This document shows positions 8,908 to 18,860 of a DNA stretch of 64,000 nucleotides, one piece after another (within the stretch, counting starts at the first letter, position 1; the number at the start of each line of letters is the position of its first letter). Location: NCBI GenBank assembly GCA_963422375.2, contig CAXXKD010000001.1:64001-128000 (forward strand), in the 5' to 3' direction. A model generated the notes under the pieces. The model was not told the origin of the DNA and did no database searches. It saw only the letters and a program-made list of their open reading frames with translations. This stretch comes from Bryobacterales bacterium (lineage in GTDB: Bacteria; Acidobacteriota; Terriglobia; Bryobacterales; UBA6623). The translations under genes were made by a program, and so were the position numbers.

Positions 8908-11900
8908 ATGCTCGGGCTTGTCTTGGTCGCCGCCTTGGCCCTCCTGCCGCGGGCCGCTCCTCAGGTACGGCCGGATGGCAGCCAACGGTCCGCCTACACG
9001 GTTCTGCTCGAGGCTCCGTCCGTGGCCCAGCGCCTGAGCGCGAGCCGGGAGATGGCCGGAGGCCTCGGTCCCCGCAGGGCTGTGTCGAGCCCCCTCGCCC
9101 TGCGCAGGGCCGTCCAGCGGTCCCAGGATCCCGTGGTCGAAGCCTTGGAGGCAGGCGGTATCGAGGTCGTGGGTGGAGTTCGCAACGTTCTCAACGCGGT
9201 CTTCATCCGGGCGACACCCGCCCAAGCCGAGTCGGCGCGCAGCATGCCCGGGGTCGGCAGCGTCGTGCCGAGCCAGCAGTTCGGGCCCGCGGTGGATCCG
9301 GACGCCCCCATGGAAGTCGCCCCCATGGAAGTCGCCGACATCGTCAAGATCGATGCGCTCCGGTCGAAGGCCGGGCGGGACGCCCCGCTAGGCGACGGCA
9401 TCAAGATAGCGATCATCGACTCGGGCTTGGATTTCGACCACCCAGCATTCCGGGACGAGTCCCTGCCCCCGCTGGCGGGCTATCCGAAGGGCGACCCCGA
9501 GCACCTCGCGCTGGCATCGCGAAAGGTCGTCGCTGTCCGCTCCTACGCAGGGATGTTGAACTCTCGGGACCTGGGGAGATCGACACCGGACGATGATTCG
9601 CCGTGGGACCGGTCCGGGCACGGCACGGCGGCTGCCATGATCGCCGCCGGAAGCATCGTCGAGTCTCCGATCGGCACCGTGGCCGGAATCGCTCCCAAGG
9701 CGAGGCTCGGAATTTACAAGGTTTTCGGCACGCCGGGCGTGAACACCCGGACACGCGACCAAGCCGTTCTGGCCGCGATCGAGGACGCGGTTTCGGACGG
9801 CATGGACGTCCTGAACCTGAGTTTGGGGCGGATCGCCATCCGGCCCTGGCAGTCCGATTGCGCCCTCGGAAACCGTCCCGGGCAGTGCGACCCGCTCGCG
9901 GTGGCCGCCCAGAGCGCGGTCACGGGTTTTGGCCGGGTCGTGGTCGTCGCGGCCGGGAACGGCGCCCTGCAGGGCCTGAACAGCACTCCTGCGCTGGGAA
10001 CGGTGAATTCGCCGGGAGAGGCTCCGGCCGTCATCAGCGTGGGCGGGATCGGAAACTCGCTCGATCTGCAGCAGAGCGTTCGGGCGGGAAACCTGAGGGT
10101 GGACGCCATGAGCGGACTCGGACCCGGCGCGGACGGACCGCTCTCGGCCCGTGCCGTGATCGCCTCGCACTTCGGCGACGGACGGGCTTGCGAGCCGTTT
10201 CCCGCGGGCGCGTTCCGGGGAGCGATCGCCATCGTCGACCGCGGCCGGTGCTATTTCGTGGACAAGGTCGAGCACGCCGACGCGGCGGGCGCGGCGGGCG
10301 TCGTGGTGATCAACCACTGGGACGACGACCTGGTGAGGATGGCCCTGCTGGAGGATACCGACATTCCGGCGTACTTCATTGGCCGCGATGACGGCTTCGC
10401 CCTTGTCCGGGAGATCCTGACCACCGGCGCAACGGTCACCCTCGATCCCGCGCCCGTGGTCACGGGCAAGGAGTGGAGCTATGTCCGCTCGACCAGCGGC
10501 CGTGGGCCGACGGCGGCGGGCTATCCCAAGCCCGATCTCGTCGCGCCGTCCGAAACCGTGTACGCGGCCGCTCCGAGGCGCGACCCGCAGGGCAACCTGT
10601 TGTCCCCAAGCGGCTTCAAGCAGGTCAGCGGCACCAGCTTCGCCGCGCCGGCCGCGGCCGGCGCGGCGGCCCTAGTCCTCGAGGAATATCCATACCTCAC
10701 GGCCCGCCAAGTGGCGTCCGCCGTCATCAATTCGGCCGCTCAGGGGGTCACGGACAACGAGGAGCCTGCTCGCTTGGCAGCTGCCGGGACCGGCGTGCTG
10801 GACGTGGAGGCGGCCCTTCGCCCTACCGCGGTCGCGGTTCCGTCCTCGATCGCGTTCGGCCGGCTGCAGGCGGCGAGCCTCCCTGTGTCGCGCAAGATCG
10901 TGATCACGAACAAGGCGCGCCAGTCCCAGTCGTTCCGCGCCACGGTCGAGCCCACGGACCTCGACCCGCACGCCCGTGTCACGATCGACGGCCGCGAGGC
11001 GATTTCGCTGGCACTCGGCCCAAGAGAGAGCGTTTCCGTGCGAGTCACGTTGGCGGGTACGGTCCCGCCTTCGGGCTCCTACGAAGGCCGGCTGCGACTG
11101 GAGAGCGCGGACGGACACGGGGCGATTGCGATTCCCTACTTCTATGCCGTCGGGGTCAAGCAGCCCTTCGATGCGCTGCGCATTCGGGGCAAGGATGAGG
11201 TGGGAGTCCTCGGCCGCAAGGTAAGCCAGACGCTGATTGCGAGAGTAACGGACAAGTTTGGAGTGCCCGTCGACGGCTTCCCCGTGAGCTTCGAAGTCTC
11301 CAAGGGTTCCGGCCAGATCCAGAACACGAGCATCCTCAGCAGCCCGACGGGCCTGATCCAGGCGACGGTCCTATACGACGACTCCACTGCCTCACAGCGC
11401 GTCGTCGCCCGGATCGGGGGACTGGACGTGCCGTTCGACTACGAGGCGGCCGACCAAGTGACAGCGATTGACGGAATCCACAACGCGGCGACTTTGGCGT
11501 CATCTCGCGGCGTGGCACCGGGTTCGCTCGTGACCATTACGGGATCCCGCTTGGCCGAGTATCCCGCGGGCCCGCCCAGCGATTTCCAGTCGCGGTTTCT
11601 GCCGATAGTACGCAAGGGCACCTCGGTCGCATTCGAGATGCCGTCAGACGACGTTAGCGTCGCCGGGAGAATCCTTGCTCTCGACGCTGGTTCGGTCACC
11701 GTGCAGGTTCCATGGGAACTGGAAGCGGGCGGCTTCGGGTACGTCACGGTGCGGACCGAGTCGTACAGCGATATGCGCCGGTTCCGCCTAGTCCGAGAAG
11801 ATCCGGGCATCTACAGCTACTTGCGCGACGGGGTTGAACTTGCCGTCGCATTCCATGCGGACGACTCGCTCGTTTCTCTGGACTCGCCGGCTCGACCGGG

Positions 11901-12177
11901 GACCTATGTCACCTTCCTGATGACGGGCAACGGCCCGGTCCGGTCGCCTCCCGCTTACGGCGAGGCGACTCATCTGCCGAATCCTACCGTAGGCGCGGTA
12001 AGCGTGCAAGTGGGCGGCACCGAGGCATCCGTGCTCTACTCGGGCTTGGCCGTGGGTCTCGCGGGCTACTACAACGTCGTCGCGCAGATTCCTCCTCTTC
12101 TGCAGCCGGGAATCCACCCGGTGCGTGTGCGCGTGAACTCGAGGAGAAGCAACTTCGCCTTGCTTCCCGTACGGTGA
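8908..12177 (+). CDS. S8 family (subtilisin/Vpr-like) serine protease with PA domain and TIGR03437-like C-terminal domain; start uncertain (8749-8908)
   Basis: Triad motifs AIIDSG, GHGTAAA, SGTSFAAP; PA motif IAIVDRGRCYFVDKV; tail NAAT...VAPGSLVTITG...VLYSGLAVGLAGYY. Confidence 0.9.
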   Translation: MLGLVLVAALALLPRAAPQVRPDGSQRSAYTVLLEAPSVAQRLSASREMAGGLGPRRAVSSPLALRRAVQRSQDPVVEALEAGGIEVVGGVRNVLNAVFIRATPAQAESARSMPGVGSVVPSQQFGPAVDPDAPMEVAPMEVADIVKIDALRSKAGRDAPLGDGIKIAIIDSGLDFDHPAFRDESLPPLAGYPKGDPEHLALASRKVVAVRSYAGMLNSRDLGRSTPDDDSPWDRSGHGTAAAMIAAGSIVESPIGTVAGIAPKARLGIYKVFGTPGVNTRTRDQAVLAAIEDAVSDGMDVLNLSLGRIAIRPWQSDCALGNRPGQCDPLAVAAQSAVTGFGRVVVVAAGNGALQGLNSTPALGTVNSPGEAPAVISVGGIGNSLDLQQSVRAGNLRVDAMSGLGPGADGPLSARAVIASHFGDGRACEPFPAGAFRGAIAIVDRGRCYFVDKVEHADAAGAAGVVVINHWDDDLVRMALLEDTDIPAYFIGRDDGFALVREILTTGATVTLDPAPVVTGKEWSYVRSTSGRGPTAAGYPKPDLVAPSETVYAAAPRRDPQGNLLSPSGFKQVSGTSFAAPAAAGAAALVLEEYPYLTARQVASAVINSAAQGVTDNEEPARLAAAGTGVLDVEAALRPTAVAVPSSIAFGRLQAASLPVSRKIVITNKARQSQSFRATVEPTDLDPHARVTIDGREAISLALGPRESVSVRVTLAGTVPPSGSYEGRLRLESADGHGAIAIPYFYAVGVKQPFDALRIRGKDEVGVLGRKVSQTLIARVTDKFGVPVDGFPVSFEVSKGSGQIQNTSILSSPTGLIQATVLYDDSTASQRVVARIGGLDVPFDYEAADQVTAIDGIHNAATLASSRGVAPGSLVTITGSRLAEYPAGPPSDFQSRFLPIVRKGTSVAFEMPSDDVSVAGRILALDAGSVTVQVPWELEAGGFGYVTVRTESYSDMRRFRLVREDPGIYSYLRDGVELAVAFHADDSLVSLDSPARPGTYVTFLMTGNGPVRSPPAYGEATHLPNPTVGAVSVQVGGTEASVLYSGLAVGLAGYYNVVAQIPPLLQPGIHPVRVRVNSRRSNFALLPVR

Positions 12178-13082
12178 CGGTCCGCGGGGACGGCCGGTTC
12201 GGTACGGACGAACGGGCCGTCGAGAGCATTGGTCGCTCTCGGAGGATATCTTGTCGACGCGGCGCTGTCGCGGCGGCCGTTACATTGCTCCTCGCGTCGG
12301 GATGCGTCGTGCAGTCGCCGTCCGGGCGGGCCTCGCCTTGGGATGCTAGTGACGAGCAGAACCCGACCGCGATTGACCACAGCTTGTGGCAGGAGACGCT
12401 TGACGGCTATCTCCGTCCAAGCCTCTCGGAAGTCAATCGGTTCGACTATGGCGGGCTGAAGTCCAGCGAAGACGACCGGGCTAGGCTGCAAGGGTACTTG
12501 GCGCAGCTGCAGGACACCGATCCCCGACTGTATCCTAGGGCCGAGCAGAAGGCGTACTGGATCAACCTGTACAACGCGCTGACGGTCCGGATTGTCGTGG
12601 ACGCCTACCCCGTCGATTCCATTCGCGATATCAGGGGAAACTGGTTTGTCGGACTCATCTCGCGAGGGCCATGGCGCGACGCAGAGATGCACGTGGCGGG
12701 CGAAGACCTCAGCTTGGATGAAATCGAGCACGGAATACTGCGTCCCATCTGGCGCGATGCGAGGATTCACTACGGGCTGAATTGCGCTAGTCTCGGCTGC
12801 CCGAACCTGCTCCCGACCGCATTCACAGCCACCAACACAGAGGAACTACTCGAACTCGGGGCGAGAGAGTTCGTCAACAGCACGCACGGGGTGAAGGTTG
12901 CGAGCGACGACAGGATTGTCGTTTCAAGCATCTATGCATGGTTTCGAGATGATTTCGGAAACTCCGAGGAAGACGTGATGGCCCATTTGAAGCGCTACGC
13001 GGACGGACCGCTTGCCGATCGCCTTCGAGACTTCGACGGCACGATCGACTACGCCTACGACTGGCGTCTGAACCAGCCTTGA
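12174..13082 (+). CDS. DUF547 domain protein, probable lipoprotein (true start may be downstream)
   Basis: AYWINLYNALTV, LSLDEIEHGILR, RIHYGLNCASLGCP, YDWRLN; lipobox-like LASGC. Confidence 0.88.
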   Translation: MTVRGDGRFGTDERAVESIGRSRRISCRRGAVAAAVTLLLASGCVVQSPSGRASPWDASDEQNPTAIDHSLWQETLDGYLRPSLSEVNRFDYGGLKSSEDDRARLQGYLAQLQDTDPRLYPRAEQKAYWINLYNALTVRIVVDAYPVDSIRDIRGNWFVGLISRGPWRDAEMHVAGEDLSLDEIEHGILRPIWRDARIHYGLNCASLGCPNLLPTAFTATNTEELLELGAREFVNSTHGVKVASDDRIVVSSIYAWFRDDFGNSEEDVMAHLKRYADGPLADRLRDFDGTIDYAYDWRLNQP

Positions 13083-13143
13083 CCGCATATCCTATGCCGG
13101 AGCCCCTTAGGACCGTCCGAGTTGCCCGCTGGTCCCTCCGGAT

Positions 13144-13905
13144 CTAATCCGAGCGTCGCAGCGCCTCTAGCTGCCGCTCCGCCTCCCTCCACCGGCGCTC
13201 GGCCTCTTGGCGCGCTCGCGCCTCCTGGTCGACCTGGCGCTCGGCCTTCTGGCGCGCTCGCGCCTCCTCGCTCAGCGTCCGCAGGTATTCCCCTCTGACC
13301 GGATCCCAGATGCGCAGGCGCTGCGCGATGCCGTCGTAGCGCAGGTCCAAGCCCAGCACCGCGCTGCGGACGGACAGTTCCGCGCCGGGCAGTCGCTCGC
13401 CCGCCAGGCGCGCCGGCAGCAGGCCGCCCATCGGGTCGTACCGGAAGTATTCGCGCACTCCCAGCCGCGCGTAGAGCGGCGGCTTCTCGTGCAAGTCCGC
13501 GTCGACGGTGCCGGGAGAGGCGACTTCCAGCACGAAGTCCAGGTGCTTGCCCTCCTCCCACGCGAAGTAGGACATGCGATTGCGTCCCGGAACGCCCAGC
13601 GACACCATCACGTCCGGGACGACCCTGCGCTTGGGACGATTCTCGACGTAGTACACCAGCAGGTTGTTGGCCACCAGCACGTCCTCGCGCCGCTCGAAGT
13701 AATGGGCCAGCATGGTCGCTGCATCGCGGATCGCCCATTCCTGGAAGGTGTTGTCCGCTATCGGCCGACCGTCCGAGCTAGGGTACTGCGCCTCTGCTGG
13801 CGCAGGCTGCGAGGCGCGCCACCTCGGAGGGGGCGGGTCCGTCGGCGCGCTGCGGTCGCGGGCCGGGGCGAGCGGCGGGAATTGGTCGATCTGCTTGCCC
13901 GGCAT
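13144..13905 (-). CDS. Uma2 family (PDDEXK-like) endonuclease with C-terminal coiled-coil repeats
   Basis: YPSSDGRP, VPDVMV, FVLEVASPGT, YARLGVREYFRYDP; EARARQxAER repeats. Confidence 0.9.
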   Translation of the reverse strand: MPGKQIDQFPPLAPARDRSAPTDPPPPRWRASQPAPAEAQYPSSDGRPIADNTFQEWAIRDAATMLAHYFERREDVLVANNLLVYYVENRPKRRVVPDVMVSLGVPGRNRMSYFAWEEGKHLDFVLEVASPGTVDADLHEKPPLYARLGVREYFRYDPMGGLLPARLAGERLPGAELSVRSAVLGLDLRYDGIAQRLRIWDPVRGEYLRTLSEEARARQKAERQVDQEARARQEAERRWREAERQLEALRRSD

Positions 13906-14829
13906 GCGGCCTGGCGACCGATCGCTTCGGTGCCGGCACAGTATAGAGGATGCGTGCGGGGGGCCTCCCCCGGAGCGGCGGGCCGGAGCATGACGGGCCG
14001 CGAGGCGGCACGGCTCGGCTGACGCGGGTGCTCCGGGCGGCGTTCGAGACGCTGATCGGTAAGCTCAGCCGGGCGCAGGCGGTCGGTTCGGTACGGACGC
14101 GCCCGTGTTTCGCGAGACTTTGCCAGCCGGCCTGCCTCACGCTCCCGAGCATCCCGCCCGAACCGCTCGACGGATGCACCTAGCCACGATTGGCGGACAA
14201 GTCAGAACCGTCCGTGGTCGGGAATCTATCGCCAAACTACCCTGTCGAGCGAAACCTCCCACAGGGGGCATCAAGATTGCGCTTCGCCGGAGGTCCCGGC
14301 ATGGCGCGGTGGGAGGAGGTACGGGATCCGTCCGTCCTTGGAATTCGCTCTCGCATTATTCTGAGCGCTTCCTGTCTTGCTCGGACGATGCTGTCTGCTT
14401 CTATGCGTCGAGAGCCCGGGGGTACGCTCGCGGCCGTCTCCGACAATCTGCCTGTCGGATCCGCATCGCGCGATGGGACAGACCACTCTTGGACGAGTCA
14501 CATGGGGCCGACCAGCCCGACTGCGCGAGCTCGCTGCGCAGGCGATTACGCGGTCATGCCGCAGAGCGCCCATTGCGCGGGGCGGGCGGCATTCGCAGTG
14601 GAGGCGGACTTGCGCCGGTGCGTCTGGAACGCCCTTCGCGGAATCGGCGCCCCAGCCGTCCAACCCTTCGCCAAGACACGCTCGGCCGGTGACCTCCGGC
14701 CTGCACCGCAGGTCCCGTCGCGACGGGCAAAACAATAGGTCGCCTGGCCAGGCTGGGTCCTCCGTCGCCCGCGCACCAAGCTGCCCGAGATGCCGGCGGC
14801 CGCGGAGGTCGGTTGGTAGTCTAGGGAGC

Positions 14830-16314
14830 GTGTGGAAGACAGTTGTAGCTCTCGTAGCTCTTGCCATGCCGGCTCTTGCCGTGCCGAGGCTGGGCGTCAT
14901 CGACTTTCCGAACAGCGGGGACGCCTCCGCCCAGCAGGCCTTCCTGCAAGGCGTCCTTCTGCTGCACAACTTTGAGTACGACGACGCAGCGGCGTCCTTC
15001 AATGAGGCCCAGCGGGCCGACCCCGAGTTCGCGCTCGCGTACTGGGGCGAGGCCCTGTCTCACTACCGGCCTGTCTGGGGCAGGGAGAATCTGGAGCGGG
15101 GCCGCTCCGCGCTCGAGAAGGCCAAGAAGGCAGATCCCGCAACGCCTCGCGAGCAGCTCTATCTGGACGCGGCTAGGGTCGCGTTCGGCGAGGGCAGCCG
15201 GGAAGATCGCTGGAAGCGGTATTCCGACGCGATGGGGCGGCTGTCACGCGCTCACCCCGACGATATGGAGGCCGCCAGCCTCTACGCCGTGTCGCTATTC
15301 GGGGTGACAGGCGGCAAGCGGGACCACCGCACGTACATGAAGATTGCCTCGATCGCCGAGCCCGTCTACCGCAGGAACCCGGACCATCCGGGCGCGCTGC
15401 ATTACCTGATCCACGCCTTCGACGATCCGGTTCACGCGCCGCTTGGGCTGCCCTACGCCCGCCGCTACGCCGGTGTTGCGGCGGCCGCGCCTCATGCGCA
15501 GCACATGCCCTCCCACATTTTCCTCGCGCTGGGCATGTGGGACGACTGCATCTCCTCCAACATCGATTCGTGGAATTCCTCCGAGGTCCGCGTTAAGCGC
15601 CTAGGTCTCGGCAGCGACGACCGGGGCTACCACGCGCTGTGGTGGCTGCAGTACAGCTACTTGCAGAAGGGGCAGGTCGACAAGGCTAGAGACCAGCTTG
15701 CGATCATCGAGGCGGATGTGGCCCGGACGGGTTCGCGCCATGCGCGTAACCACCACGCCTACCTGCGCTCGCACTTCCTTGTCGAGACCCAGCACTGGTC
15801 TGCCGACTTACGGCCCGTCGACGACAAGGGCTTGGACCATAGGGCTTGGGGAGCGAACGCCCTTGCGGAGGGAATCCGAGCCGTCGAGACCGGGAATCCT
15901 AGTCTTGCCCGCTCGTGGCTCGAGAAGCTCGCCGCCCGAGGCAAGGCTCATGGCGATGCCACCGCGTCCCTGCCGATTGCCACTCTCCAGCTCGAGGGTG
16001 TCCTCTTGATACGGCAGGACAAGGCGGCGGACGGCGTTGCCAAACTGCGCCGGGCGACGGAACTGGAAATGGAGACTCCGTTTGGCTACGGCCCGCCTTT
16101 CCCGGTGAAGCCGGCCTACGAACTGCTCGGCGAAGAGCTGCTGGCGCTCGGCCGCCCGGACGAGGCCATGGAAGCCTTCGAGGCATCTCTCGGGCGGACC
16201 CCGCGGCGCGCCCATTCGCTGGCCGGGCTGGAGAAGGCGGCGCTCGCGGCTGGTGACGAGAAGACCGCTGCGTGGGCGGAATCCGAACTCGCGGACGCTC
16301 GGGCGGTACGGTAG
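14830..16314 (+). CDS. Exported tetratricopeptide-repeat protein
   Basis: GTG at 14830 followed by a signal peptide; AFLQGVLLLHNFEY, PDHPGALHYLIHAFD, HAQHMPSHIF; extended -10 TGGTAGTCT 7 nt upstream. Confidence 0.85.
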   Translation: MWKTVVALVALAMPALAVPRLGVIDFPNSGDASAQQAFLQGVLLLHNFEYDDAAASFNEAQRADPEFALAYWGEALSHYRPVWGRENLERGRSALEKAKKADPATPREQLYLDAARVAFGEGSREDRWKRYSDAMGRLSRAHPDDMEAASLYAVSLFGVTGGKRDHRTYMKIASIAEPVYRRNPDHPGALHYLIHAFDDPVHAPLGLPYARRYAGVAAAAPHAQHMPSHIFLALGMWDDCISSNIDSWNSSEVRVKRLGLGSDDRGYHALWWLQYSYLQKGQVDKARDQLAIIEADVARTGSRHARNHHAYLRSHFLVETQHWSADLRPVDDKGLDHRAWGANALAEGIRAVETGNPSLARSWLEKLAARGKAHGDATASLPIATLQLEGVLLIRQDKAADGVAKLRRATELEMETPFGYGPPFPVKPAYELLGEELLALGRPDEAMEAFEASLGRTPRRAHSLAGLEKAALAAGDEKTAAWAESELADARAVR

Positions 16315-16874
16315 CCGCGCTCAGTCGGTTCCACCGGGACCGTTCCGCCGGCCTCGCCCTCGTCGGTCGGCCGGTCGGCCTTCGTAGCCGCTTTCGCATT
16401 GCCTCGCGGATGGACGTGCGTCCCTCCCCCAGCGGCAGGCGGAGTCGAGACGGCCTGCACCGTCGCGGCGCAGAAGGCGATCTATCGTCCCGAGGTGGCC
16501 GAGCAGGTCACGCGCCATGAGCGCCTCCATGCGGTCGAAAGTGTCCTGTTCCGGTCCGCCGGGGCGATGGCCTCCCATCTAGCAGTAGACCCTTCGGGGA
16601 CGCACCCGCCCGTCCGCAAGAACGACTAGGTAGTGCCCGTGACAAAACTCGTATCCCCTTGACAACAAAGGCGTTAGGTCCAATCTCTCAAGGCGGAGAT
16701 TTCGCAGGAATGCTACGACTAATCCGAAATCCTGGCGATTCTGGATAGAGCGCGGAAATTTTCGCGATTGGCGTCTGAGCAACTTCCGACCTCGGGACCT
16801 ATATGTTGTGCTTGGAGTTCCATCCGACCTCAGGATATAGTATGAAGTGCTGATCGGGCCAGAATTAAGGGGTA

Positions 16875-18027
16875 CTGAGGAGCGCAAAAGTCGTCTCGGG
16901 CGGTTCACGCCAGAATGTACTTGCAATCGGGCTCCTTGAAGAGGCGAGCCACCTTGTCAGTCAAGTCCCTTAGCGACTTGAATTCCGCCTCGAGCAGGCG
17001 CAACAGCTTGTCCTTGGTCTTGAAGCATTTCCGGCTCACCATCCGCTTCACGTGCGACCTTACCAGCTCAGCTGGGTTCAGCATTGGGGAGTATGCCGGA
17101 AGAATATGAATCCTCACGTGCCCGTCCTCGAATTCCTTCTCGAGGAAACTCGCCACCTCTCGCGCCGTGTGAATCCGGCAGCCGTCCACTACGAAGCGCA
17201 CCTTCCTGCCGGTCTCTTCCGCCACCTGCTTCACGAACGAGCAGAACCTTCCAGCATCCGCCGCGCCCTCGTGCAGCATGTAATGGATGCGGCCGTCCGG
17301 GCTGATCGCTGCCAGCATGTTGAAGCGAAACTTCGTGCCCGTGCAGGTCACCTCGGGCGTCTGTCCGCGCATTCCCCACGTCCGTCGCACGTGATAGTCG
17401 GAGTGCATTCCGGTCTCATCAGCGAACATGATCAAGGCCCCTTCCCGCTCGGCCTCCTGCTTGATTTCCGGGAATGTCGTGTCAATCCATCGCGCGACTT
17501 GCCCCATCCGGTGCTGGAATGCCCGGAAGCGAGGCTTCTGCGGCGTGAGCCTGAGCCGACGCATGACGCGGCGGATGGCACAGCGGCTCGCGTCGATGCC
17601 GAACTCGTCGATGAAAGCGCGGCGGACTCTCTGGACGGTCCAGTAGGCGAACTCGAACTTGAGCTGACGGAGATTCTTATCGACGACGGTATGGAAGATC
17701 CACTGCGCGTGCTCCTCGGTCAAGATGCGAGGGCGTCCAGTTCCGGGCCGATCATCCAGTGCCCCCATGCCTCCGGCGATGAATCTAGCCACCCAGGACT
17801 TGACCGTTCCGGTTCCGATGCCGAATTTCATCGCGAGTTCTTCCGGAATATAGCAGAGCATGAATTGCGTGACGACGAACTTTCGAACGGTAATCTTAAG
17901 CTTATGAGGGAGTCGCAGAAAGTCGTCGAATTGGAAGGGATTCATGCAACAATTCTACCACGTTCAAGTGTCGGAACTGGTCTCAGCAGAGGGCGCGAAC
18001 GGCAAGAACGACTTTTGCGCTCCTCAG
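16875..18027 (-). mobile_element. IS630 family insertion sequence
   Basis: Perfect 20-bp TIR CTGAGGAGCGCAAAAGTCGT (16875-16894 / 18008-18027); TA duplicated at 16873-74 and 18028-29. Confidence 0.95.
16905..17945 (-). CDS. IS630 family transposase
   Basis: GRPRIL, FADETG, VVDGCRIH, LPAYSPMLNPAE motifs; single open frame. Confidence 0.93.
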   Translation of the reverse strand: MNPFQFDDFLRLPHKLKITVRKFVVTQFMLCYIPEELAMKFGIGTGTVKSWVARFIAGGMGALDDRPGTGRPRILTEEHAQWIFHTVVDKNLRQLKFEFAYWTVQRVRRAFIDEFGIDASRCAIRRVMRRLRLTPQKPRFRAFQHRMGQVARWIDTTFPEIKQEAEREGALIMFADETGMHSDYHVRRTWGMRGQTPEVTCTGTKFRFNMLAAISPDGRIHYMLHEGAADAGRFCSFVKQVAEETGRKVRFVVDGCRIHTAREVASFLEKEFEDGHVRIHILPAYSPMLNPAELVRSHVKRMVSRKCFKTKDKLLRLLEAEFKSLRDLTDKVARLFKEPDCKYILA

Positions 18028-18046
18028 TATTGTCACAAGCACTAGA

Positions 18047-18305
18047 TAGTGCTTGTGACAAAACCCCTGAATTCTGGCCCGATCAGCATTGCATACTACA
18101 TCCTGAGGTCGGATGGATCTCCAAACACAACATATAAGGCCCAAGGTCGGAAGTTGCTCAGACGCCAATCGCGAAGATTTCCGCGCTCTACCCAGAATCG
18201 CCAGGATTTCGGATTAGTCGTAGCGTTCCAGCGAAATCTTCGCCTTGGGAGATTGGATCTAACGCCTTTGTTATCAAGGGGATACGAGTTTTGTCACGGG
18301 CACTA
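18047..18305 (+). mobile_element. MITE copy 2 (259 bp)
   Basis: TIRs TAGTGCTTGTGACAAAAC / GTTTTGTCACGGGCACTA; TAGATAG repeated across both junctions. Confidence 0.92.
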
Positions 18306-18860
18306 GATAGTGACGCCGCTGATGCTGTCTTCGTGTACGGCAATACCCATGGGCTTGTTGAGCATGGCCCTGGCCGCGTTACCTCCGTCCCCGCCGTACC
18401 CCCTCGCGCCCGTACCGGCGAAGAGGTCGATTTCGCCGGTTGTTAGATCAACCCTGCGGATTAGGTTGTCATTCATGCGGGCAACGTAGAGGTACGAGAG
18501 AGAATTGACCGCTACCCCCTTCGGGAAGTAGAGCCCGGTTTCGGTCGCTGGCACGTCGAGGAGGCGCTCGGGCTTGCCGATGACGCAGTGAACCCGCCAA
18601 GTCTGGGCGCTAACGTTCCCGAACGAAGCGCCGCAGATTGCGACGACGAGAGTGACGGCGGAGATGAGACCTCGGCCCGTGGGACAGATGGATCGAGTCG
18701 CGTCGGAGTGCGTTCCTAGTCGTGCGAAGCACTCCGGGGCGTTGAATGGCATTCGGTCCGCCATCGGCGTCCCCACCACTGGCGATTCGGTGCATACGCC
18801 TTCAACGCAACGTCGACCAGACATTCCGTGATCATCGCATGAAGTTCGTAAGCGCTTAGT
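18306..18860 (-). pseudogene. Truncated NHL-repeat exported protein fragment between MITE copies 2 and 3
   Basis: LYFPKGVAVNS...LYVARMNDNLIRRVDLTTGEIDLFAGTGARGYGGDGGNAARAMLNKPMGIAV; frame stops at the MITE 2 junction. Confidence 0.75.

Larger units (their letters stand above)
16631..18044 (-). mobile_element. MITE copy 1 (259 bp) interrupted by an IS630 element in its terminal repeat
   Basis: 16631-16874 plus 18030-18044 is the reverse complement of copies 2 and 3; ends TAGTGCCCGTGACAAAAC / TTGTCACAAGCACTA. Confidence 0.9.

Noticed and set aside
1..10000. Apparent abundance of CTAG
   Set aside because: About 13 sites counted by eye in 10 kb, fewer than the roughly 29 expected from base composition, so it is not over-represented.
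16321..16629. Short ORFs between the TPR gene and MITE 1
   Set aside because: No recognisable motif or start signal; at most a gene remnant.
18049..18306. 85-aa ORF spanning the MITE
   Set aside because: Copy 3 has an internal stop, differences among copies are largely non-synonymous, and there is no known motif; probably incidental.
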